Under the pieces are notes generated by a model. The model was given only the letters and a program-made list of their open reading frames with translations. It did not search any database and was not told where the DNA came from. The translations under genes were made by a program, and so were the position numbers. This document shows positions 55,039-64,000 of a stretch of 64,000 nucleotides of DNA, piece after piece. Numbering within the stretch: the stretch's first letter is position 1; every line of letters begins with the position of its first letter. This DNA comes from Neocallimastix sp. 'constans' (lineage: Eukaryota), in assembly GCA_050613775.1 (NCBI GenBank), contig JBODTK010000126.1:62001-126000 (forward strand), written 5' to 3'.

Positions 55039-56354
55039 ATGAATCCAATAGTAATTTTCATCATTGTATTTATACTAGAAGGTATTTCTTTTTTTGGATA
55101 CTCTAAAGTAGCCTCAATTGTACGTCTTTATATATATATATTATATATATTATATATTCATTATTATATTATTTAAAATTAAACTAAATAAAATAATAAT
55201 AATAAATATTAAAAATGGATTTAATAATTTTAAAAAAATGAATTTCATAATTAAATATAATTTTTTTTTTTTTTCAATTTAAGGAAATTAATCCCCCTTT
55301 TTTTTTCATAATATTTAATTATTAGTTATCTTTATTCTATTGTAAATTTTTTAAAAGTGAACTTTTCAATAGTATTGTTAAACATAAAAGAGAAATTATT
55401 CATTTAAAAAAGAAGTTAAATGATATTAGTTGTCAAGTAAGAATAATTTATATACATATATATACACCAAATGACAAATTAATAAAATTCATTTTTAAAT
55501 TATTTATTTTTACAATAAAAAAATTAGGATGAATTTGCTAAATGGGTTAAAGTTAATAGAAAACTTACTGCTGCAACAGCAGAATATGAAGAAGAATGTA
55601 ATTTCTATATAAACTTTATATAATTACAATATATTACAATATAAATTATATTTACTATATATTTACTATAATCATAGTAAAAATTCAAGTTCATTAATAT
55701 TATTTTATAATATATAATATATTATTATTATAATTATTATTATTATTATTATTATTATAAATAATTTTAAAAAAAAAAAAAAAAAAAAAAAAGCGTCAAA
55801 AGGAAACAGTGCGCAATCTTCTGCTACCTTAATTATTAATTTAATATTAAAAGTCCTTTTAGTTTGTGTTAGAATATCATTATATATTTTCTTAAGGAAA
55901 GAAACATTATTTTATGCTAAATATGAATGGTTAGGTCAATTCTCATATATATTAACTTCCAAAGGTAAATAATAACCAAAAATAATATTATATTTATTTT
56001 GTTTATATTTAAATAAATATTTATATATTATAAATATTCTAAAATATAAAAATTATTAAATAAATATTGATATTATATAAATATCGATTAATATTGAATA
56101 TAATATATATATTCATTATTTAAATTAATAATATAATTTGATAATATATTTTTTTTTTTTTTTTTACTTTTTTATTATTCATATAATATATAAAATTGTA
56201 TTTTAAAATATTATATTATGTCAATATTTCTGTTCTTTTTTTTTTTTTTTTTTTTTTAGGTGCTATTCATATTTTTGTATGGATGTTAATTTGTAGTAAT
56301 ATATCTAAAAGAATATTGAACGCTATTAAATCCTACAAAGTTGAAATAAAATAA
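55039..56354 (+). CDS. GET1: Tail-anchored protein insertase Get1/WRB (not in the ORF track)
   Basis: Five exons: N-terminal TM (MNPIVIFIIVFILEG), coiled coil with ISCQ|DEFAKWVKVNRK, second TM, and final GAIHIFVWMLIC. Confidence 0.85.
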
Positions 56355-56629
56355 ATAAATAAATATATATTTATATAAAACACATATATATATACAAAGT
56401 ACATATCTTATAATATATAGATATATATATAGATTATAATAATCATAATTTGTTATAATTGAAAATTAATTGTTTCTTCTGTTATTGTTTTATATATATA
56501 TTTTTACTTTTACCTTACTTTTGTTATTATTATATATATAATATTGTTAAAAATAGTATAGACTAGAAAGAAATTAAAAAAAAAAAAAAAAAAAAGATAT
56601 ATATATATGAATATTTATATATTATATTT

Positions 56630-56678
<49 letters not shown>

Positions 56679-56819
56679 AAATATATAATAAAACACATAT
56701 TTATTTAATACTATATTTATATTTATAATTATACAATTTCATATATTGTTTTTTTTATAAATTATATTTAAAAAAAAAAATAGGAAAATGAAATTTCCTT
56801 AATCTTCATACTTCCTAGC

Positions 56820-56861
<42 letters not shown>

Positions 56862-57079
56862 AGAATGAGAATAAGAATGAGAATGAGAATGAGAATGAAA
56901 ATGAGGATGAGGATGTGTGTGTGTGATTGATGAAATTGAAATTAAAATTTATTTCATGAAAATAAAAAAAAATAAAAAAAAAAAAAAAAAAAAAAAAAAG
57001 AAGATTCAAATTATGTATCATATTAAACATTAAAACATTAAAGACATGAATTTAGTTTATTTTTTTTTTTTTTTTTTAA

Positions 57080-57121
<42 letters not shown>

Positions 57122-57569
57122 TACATAGATTAATAATAAACCTAAGACACTTAACCACCACAAAAGCCAATGTTATTATATTTTATTTTTATCAATATAT
57201 ATTATAAGGTTGGAACTAAATTGTAAGTTTTTTGGGGGTTAAGAAAAGTAAGAAAAAACAAATTTATTTATTAAATTTTCTTTTTTGATAAATTTTCGCG
57301 AATTCGAAACAATTAAACTTATACATTCTTCTTTATATTTCTAAATTCAAACTGTTCTATTTTAATAATTTCATGAACAAAAAAAAAAATAAAAAGAATA
57401 GGTCTGAAATTCTTTTAATAACAATTTTTTGACAGAATCTTCAATCTTTTCCTTGGTAAGTGAAATGTCAAAATGTTAATTATTATAAATCGAAAAAATT
57501 CCTCTTTCTTAGGAATGGAAGCAATAGGTACAGAGTTCCGTTCATCAACGAAGTTCACCATCTCAAATT

Positions 57570-60500
57570 TTAACTCCTATAACACACACAAGTTTATCAT
57601 CTTTTTTCTTAATAGAAATACACGGTTCACTGACTAATTCATAGAATCACAAATGTTTTAAAGTAGTACTAATATTATTATTCCATTCTCTTGCAGCCTG
57701 TTTTAATCCATATAGAGCCTTTTGTAACTTAAAATATCCTTTTCCAAAATTTGGATCTCCTTCAGGTATCTTCATAAAAATATCTTCCTTCAAATCGGCA
57801 TATAGATAAGCTGCCTTTATATCCATTTGGTGAATGTTAAAACTATTTTCTGCAGCAAATGATTAATGAATCCTGTTTTAGTGTTGGCGAAAAAGTTTCT
57901 TTATAATCTTCTCCATATTCCTGGGTATAGCCTCTTGCTACTAAGCCTTGCTTTATATTTATCAATTTTTCCTTCACTATCTCTTTTAATTTTGAAAACC
58001 CACCTGGAATCGATTATATTAGCTCCTTCAGGAACCTTTTCAATCTTTTTGAATACTTTCCTTTCTTTCATATTATTTAATTCGTTTTCTATAGCACTTA
58101 TCCATTTATCTTTGTCTTTTCTTTTAAAAATTTCCATATATGAATTTGGTTCTCTGATTTGGTTAATTGTTGTTAAACATTCCCTTTTTCTTTTATTAAT
58201 GTTCTTTTGTATTTCTCCTCTATAGTCATTTACGTTAATTCCTTCCACATTTTCCTCTACATTTGTATTTACATTAGCATTTTTATTTAAACTTTTAACT
58301 TTTCTTTTCCCTTTATGCATTATTGTTCATATTCTCTACTTTTATTTTTGTTAAAATTTAGTGAATCATTAATTATTTTAAAATTTTTAAAATTTTTATT
58401 ATATTCCATTTTTGACTTATTAATTTTTTTTTTTTTTGAATTAAATTATTTTTTAATTTATATGATTTTAATAAATTTTTATCTTTTAAAAATTTTTTAT
58501 TGTCTTTATTTTTAATAGTTAAATGTAAATTAGATTTTTGATTATTTTCTGAATAATTATTTTTTATATTAATTATATATTTATTTATAACTTCTACATG
58601 ATTTTTTTTAGGATTTTTATCGAACTTTACAGGATTTTTGTCAGGATTTTTGTTTTAAATATTTTTGTTTTCCAGGATATATTTGATTTATTAAGTTTGT
58701 ATTATTTTTCGTATTATTTGTTTTTATTTTTATTTCCTTTGAATTCATATTTTTTAATTTTGAATTGCTTGAGTGATTTTCGACATTAATTTTATTTAAA
58801 TTAATTTCTAAATTAATTTTTTGACCAATTTCTTTATTATTATTATTGTTGTTGTTGTTGTTATTATTATTATTTGGAATAATATTTTTAGAATAATATT
58901 TTTAACATTTTGTTTTTTGTTATTTTCAAAATTTTCTTTGTTTAAATTTAAATAAGAACACTCGTCATTTAGATTTTTTTCACTAAAATTATTTTCACTT
59001 GAATTATTATTATTTGAAGTATTTTCAACAAAATTTTTATTTAAATTATTTTCAATTAAAATATTTTTATTTGAATTATCTTCAATTATAATATTTTCTT
59101 TAAAATTAAACGATTCATTTTCATTGTTTTTGTTTATAATGGTAATTTCTTCTTTATCATGGTCATCTAATTCTAATATCTCTTTACCTTTATTTTTGTT
59201 TTTATTTAAAATAAATATTTTTTCGTCCTTAATACCTTCTCTCTCACTTTTATTAAAATAAATATCTTCGTTAACATTTCTATTTAGAATAATTTTATTA
59301 TTATTATTGATTAATTTATTCCTTTCATTAATAATATTTATATTGTTTTTAATATTGTTTTCTTTGTTATAGTTCTGTTTACTTATTGAACTTTCTTCTA
59401 ATTTTTCTTTCTGTTTTGCTTCACCTAACAAAAGTGTGTTCGTTTTTGTATTACCGTGTTTTATCAACATGTTTATGTTCTCAAGTTTCTCTTCTATTAA
59501 TTTAAATTTATTCTTAAGATGTTCTTTTTCTTTTTGACTTAATGAAAGACTTTCTTCTTCTTTATCTTTATTTGGATCATTGTTTGAATTATTTGGAATA
59601 TCTTGCATGTCTAAATCGACAATATCTACTTCTACTGTTCGTTCACTGTTATTATCTCTTTGACTCCTGTTGTCTTCATTGTTCTCTTCTTTAGGATCTT
59701 CTTCTATTTCTTTATTTTCTTGGATAATATTAATTATGTCATTCCTGTTGTAATAATTTCTTTCTTCTAAGTTATTCATTAATGTGCTTTCATCTTGCGT
59801 TTCGGTTTCTTCATTTTCATATCTCCTTGCTTCAGATACATAATCAAAGTTAAAGTTACCTGGCTGATCTTCAAGAAATTCTACCACACTTTTCATATAT
59901 ATTTTCATTTTATCAATATCGAATATTCTGTACCCTGTTGAGTCTTCGTTATATCCCAGAAAGACTCCTTTTCTTGAATTACTCCTAAATTTTTCTGGAT
60001 TTACTTCATAACAGTAAACTATACAGCCAAAATACATGTTAAGTTACTATTGTCAACTTACTTTTCGTAGAATACTTCGAATGGGATTTTTTTATTATTT
60101 CCATGATGTGGCACCCTATTGTGCACATAATTAGCTGTCTTTATAGCATCTTCCCAAAATATTCTACATAATTGACTATCTATTAACATTACGGTAGCAA
60201 TTTGAATAAGTACTCCGTTTAGTCTTTCTGCTCTACCGTTTTGTTGAGGATTTCCTGGTACAGTGAATTGTTGCATGATTCCGTATTTGTTACATATTTC
60301 TTTAAAATTATTTTAAGTGAATTCTGTTCCATTATCACTTCTTAAATATATTATATTTGAATTTGTTTTATTTTTAATTTTGATATATCATGTTTCAAAT
60401 ACTTGGTATATTTCTGACTTCTTCTTTACTGTAAGGATCCAATCATATCTATTATAATCATCTAAAATAGTCACTAAATAGCAGTTGCCGTAAATTGATG

Positions 60501-60864
60501 GTGGTGCCGGTCCAACATGATCTATATGTACTAATTCAAAAATTTTTCTTGAATTATTCTGCGCTTTACCATATGGTTCATTCTTCGATTTTGCTTACAT
60601 ACAGATTTCACACTTATTTACTTTGTTTCCATAAGTCAAGTGCCCAATTCTTCGGTGCCATAGAATATCATTTTCTTTGGTGTTGACATTATTACATAGT
60701 ACATTATTACTATTAATGCAAACTTCGAAAACATCGTTGTCACTAGTTTTAATTTTTGAAATTGTATTAAAATACTTATTTAAGATATTCGTATATATAT
60801 CATCATATTCTTTCGTAAATACTATTACATATTCATCCCTTACTAGTTTACTAATCGAAACTAC
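57570..60864 (-). pseudogene. Decayed Ty1/copia pol (pre-integrase, integrase, RT N-terminal part)
   Basis: WHRRIGH, RSDNGTEF, PQQNGRAERLN, FWEDAIKTANY, GVFLGY, SRWVFKIK, KYKARL, HQMDIKAAYL, LYGLKQAAREWN. Several frameshifts and stops. No LTR recognised. Confidence 0.93.
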
Positions 60865-61490
60865 ATTTTTTTTTTTTTTTTTTTAGACTTAGAGAAATTT
60901 TTATTTAATTTATAATAGTAATAAAATTACATGATTTTAATGAAAAAATAACAAATAAATTACATGAAATAAAATATTATATAATTATATAATTATAAAA
61001 TTTCGTTAAAAGTAATAGTTTCTAACTTTTCCCATTCATCGATGATAACACCATGTCCATTATTGATAGTAATAATTTTAGTATTAGTGTAATCAAATGA
61101 ATCTGTATCAGATCTTTCACCGGGGAAGTGAAAAACCATGCCTTATCATTTCGACGTCGACGCTCTTAGCAACAGTAGATTCAATAGATTCAACGGAATA
61201 CCATTTCATCATCAATCTAAAAGATCGACAAATTAATGGTATTACGTTTGTTAGAAATTCCGCAATCCTCACAGAATACGGAACAGTTGACGAAGTTGAA
61301 CTATGTTTAAAAATATTGTCAACTAATTATCTTTGTTCCCTATCATTAACCTTAATTTTTTCATATATTGAACACCCGCCAAGATGTAGAAACTACATGA
61401 TATTATTAATTATACAACTCCAATGTTATTACATATCCAGTTTAAAACAATATAAAGCATCATTGTGGAATATATATATGTAATATTATA
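60865..61490 (-). mobile_element. LINE 3' fragment C with poly(A) tail abutting the copia remnant
   Basis: T-run at 60866-60884 preceded on the minus strand by ..AGTCT. Degenerate ORF2 C-terminus (LGG..VPYSVRIAEFLT..KSVDVEMIRH) is homologous to the neighbouring fragments. Confidence 0.75.
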
Positions 61491-62503
61491 TTTTTTTTTA
61501 GACAGGAAAGAGAATACATTTCATTTCCAAAACTTTATTAAATTTATTTTAGAAAATACATGTAGGTGAAAAGTACAATTAAAATTAAAAATAAAAAAAT
61601 TTAAAAAATAAAAAATAAAAAAAAAGCTCAGAAATGCTATGTATTTCGGCAAGTTGTACTATGCGTTTTTTCCCTTCTTAATAAATAAAAATGGAATAAA
61701 ACCTAGAAGTAACATCTTTATAATAGATAGTGTAGTGTCCACTAAACTCTCCCCGGATTCATCATTTATTGAACTAATAAGGCGAGATTCATCCTTCGTA
61801 GAAATAGATGATGATCCTGTATTATCATTATGTCTTATCAGTACGACGTCGACGTTCTTGGTTAAGTTTGGTATTTTGGATTACCTATCAAATAATAGCT
61901 CAAACGAACTTCTTATGATAGGTACTGCGATAGTTAAGAATTCCGCCAAGCTCACAATTTTTGGAACAGGTGACTCAGATGAACCTTTGAAAAGTAGTTC
62001 ATTTAATTGTCTCTGTTCCCCACTATCGAAATGTAGCTCATTTAAAGCTAGTTCCACCAAGAAAGAACAAGTATATATAATGATTGATATAATCATCAAA
62101 ATCAGAAATAAAGTCATAGGAAAAAAGATGATTTAACACTCTAATCTTCCTAGCGAACAAAACATAGAGATCATCGATGAAATTTAAAGAATTCCATCTA
62201 AAAGATGAAAGAGCATTGCATTTAAAAAACCAATGTTCAAAAGATTGATTACCTTCGTCACAACAGGGAGCAAGTCTTGAGATAATCTTCTGAAACTCTA
62301 CCCATTCTAATAGCAATAGTAGTATTGTATCTATAACCACAGCGTAAACGTATAATCCACGAAAACCCTAAGTTGAATTGGGGATATTTTAAGCTAAGCA
62401 TAATTATAGCTTTATTATTTGAGAACTTGATACTATCGTAGTTTTGACCTTTAATACCATGAAATTTGGAACCTGATTTCCAGTAACGTTCTAAAATATA
62501 GTC

Positions 62504-63178
62504 TTTTTTTTTTTTTAACGGCAGCAAAATTGTTTCATCTTTATTAATTAAATATATGATAAAATACATGTAATAAAAAGAAAAAAAAAAAAGAAAAAAA
62601 AAAAAAAAAAAAAATAAAAAAAAAACACAAAATAAAAATAAAATAAAATAAAATAATAGTACAATATATTCTAGTTTCATTTAATTAATATCTGTAAGAC
62701 TTCACAAGGGCATTATTATACCGTAGTATAATAATTAATTTTGACTTCACAATGTTAATCATAATTTTAAGATACAAAATTATGATCTTCATTGGTTGTG
62801 CTAGCCCTGCTGGCCTGTCTTACTGTTTCTTCAGCATTGACGCTCTTGGTAGTAGTAGTACGATTCGATATGAACCTATTGAACAAAGACCATTGCAGGC
62901 CAATAGCAATAGGTATAATCGATTGAAGAAGAGCCGCAGTAATCACCAAAAATGGAGTATCAGAATAAGCACCTGATTTCATCTGGCATTTAAATAGATC
63001 CTTCCATTCCCTTGTACTGTTATTAATACTTCTGCCTCCAAGAAGGAAATTAAACACTTTTTCACACACACTGGAATCAACATACACATTATTTTCAATA
63101 CTATTACAAACATTACTAGCAATACTATTACTAATATTACTATAACTATTACTATTATTACTATTACTATTATTACTA
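62504..63178 (-). mobile_element. LINE 3' fragment B nested in LINE A
   Basis: Poly(A) at 62504-62516. Imperfect 12-bp TSD TAAAATATAGTC/TAAAATATCATC. Excision restores KCVKYD(D/Y)ILERYWK in LINE A. Confidence 0.75.
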
Positions 63179-63205
63179 TAAAATATCATCATATTTTACA
63201 CATTT

Positions 63206-63236
<31 letters not shown>

Positions 63237-63399
63237 CTTTTTTTGTTCAAAGTTCTAGATTCTTTAGTCCAAGAATAATAAGGCATTTTGGGAATAGATT
63301 TTTAATAAGATCCTTTATAGTACAGTTAGATTTGCTCCATTTTGCAAATGATTTAATTTGTAAGGCTGCGCAGATATCAGCAATAGGAAGGATACTTAG

Positions 63400-63489
63400 T
63401 TTTTTTTTTTTTTTTTTTTTTAGACAGGGAAGAGAATACACTTCCAAAACTTTATTAATTTTATTTTAAAAAATACATGTAGGTGAAAA
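63400..63489 (-). mobile_element. 90-bp LINE 3'-end insertion (same family as A) with 15-bp TSD
   Basis: T22 plus AGACAGG.AAGAGAATACA...ATACATGTAGGTGAAAA, near-identical to 61500-61572. TSD AGGA(A/G)GGATACTTAG at 63385-63399 and 63490-63504. Excision restores YALSRD|LSILPIA. Confidence 0.9.
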
Positions 63490-64000
63490 AGGAGGGATAC
63501 TTAGATCTCGAGATAAAGCATAATTACTCATAGCAGAATTATGTCTAATATAGTGGTTGTTTTCTGAATTTGTTTTACCATTTTTAGAGAAGGAACCGAT
63601 ACACTAAAAAAGACTAGTATTAATTAATGTTTGAATTCTAGCCATTTTAGATTTGTTTGAACCAAGTACAGGAGAGGATTGAAGAACTTTTTTCTTGTAT
63701 ACAAAAGGAATAAGTTTATTTGAAAAGAAACGTGCAAATGAAAGAAGGGATTTTCTAACTTTAAAATACATGTGAGATATCATTATATCTCACATGTATG
63801 TAATATTATAAAGTTTTATGATTTTCACTATGAGATAAATTGATAACACAAAAAAAAAAAAATATTTAATTCTTACAACAATTATTTTCTTTTTTTTTTT
63901 TTTTTTTTTTATTATTATTATTATTATTTTATTATTACTTGCTGTGCTTTATTTTAATTAATATACAAATAATTTAAATTTAATAAATTATCAATTACTA

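Larger units (their letters stand above)
61491..63796 (-). mobile_element. 5'-truncated LINE A with 14-bp TSD, carrying two nested insertions
   Basis: Poly(A) at 61491-61499. TATGTAATATTATA at 61477-61490 and 63797-63810. ORF2 C-terminal zinc finger (CCDEGNQSFEHWFFKC) and WIIRLRCG motif. Confidence 0.85.

Noticed and set aside
31311..56354. Functional cluster of endomembrane genes (VTC1, apyrase, APM1, MVP1, GET1)
   Set aside because: These are common housekeeping classes, with mixed orientation and no shared motif seen. Clustering cannot be supported without synteny data.

Overview
Extremely AT-rich, intron-rich eukaryotic DNA with fungal gene content. The composition is consistent with an anaerobic gut fungus (Neocallimastigomycota), which is an inference. 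A gene-dense core (about 12-56 kb) holds nine spliced genes: a LITAF-domain protein, an AMPK-related kinase, NOP15, a Myb/SANT-like protein, VTC1, a GDA1/CD39 apyrase, AP-1 mu, a Ste50/Ubc2-like adaptor and MVP1, plus GET1 as a tenth. Retroelement nests flank it. On the left (1-8.5 kb) are a Ty3/gypsy-like gag with a clear -1 frameshift signal, two different LTRs, a decayed gypsy integrase interrupted by a solo LTR, and a copia RT/RNase H fragment. On the right (57.5-63.8 kb) are a decayed copia and a stack of nested, same-orientation LINE 3' ends with visible target-site duplications. The strongest unexplained signals are: (1) a ~135-nt three-hairpin module shared, with compensatory changes, by two otherwise dissimilar LTRs, containing a PAN-ENE-like U-rich internal loop and a genomically encoded A-tract (candidate triple-helix RNA-stability element); (2) a ~370-nt GC-elevated, highly foldable intergenic island at 38.3-38.7 kb that looks like an unassigned ncRNA; (3) a conserved RNA hairpin at the end of ORF2 in four diverged LINE copies. 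Exon boundaries and structures were read by eye; no searches or folding programs were run.
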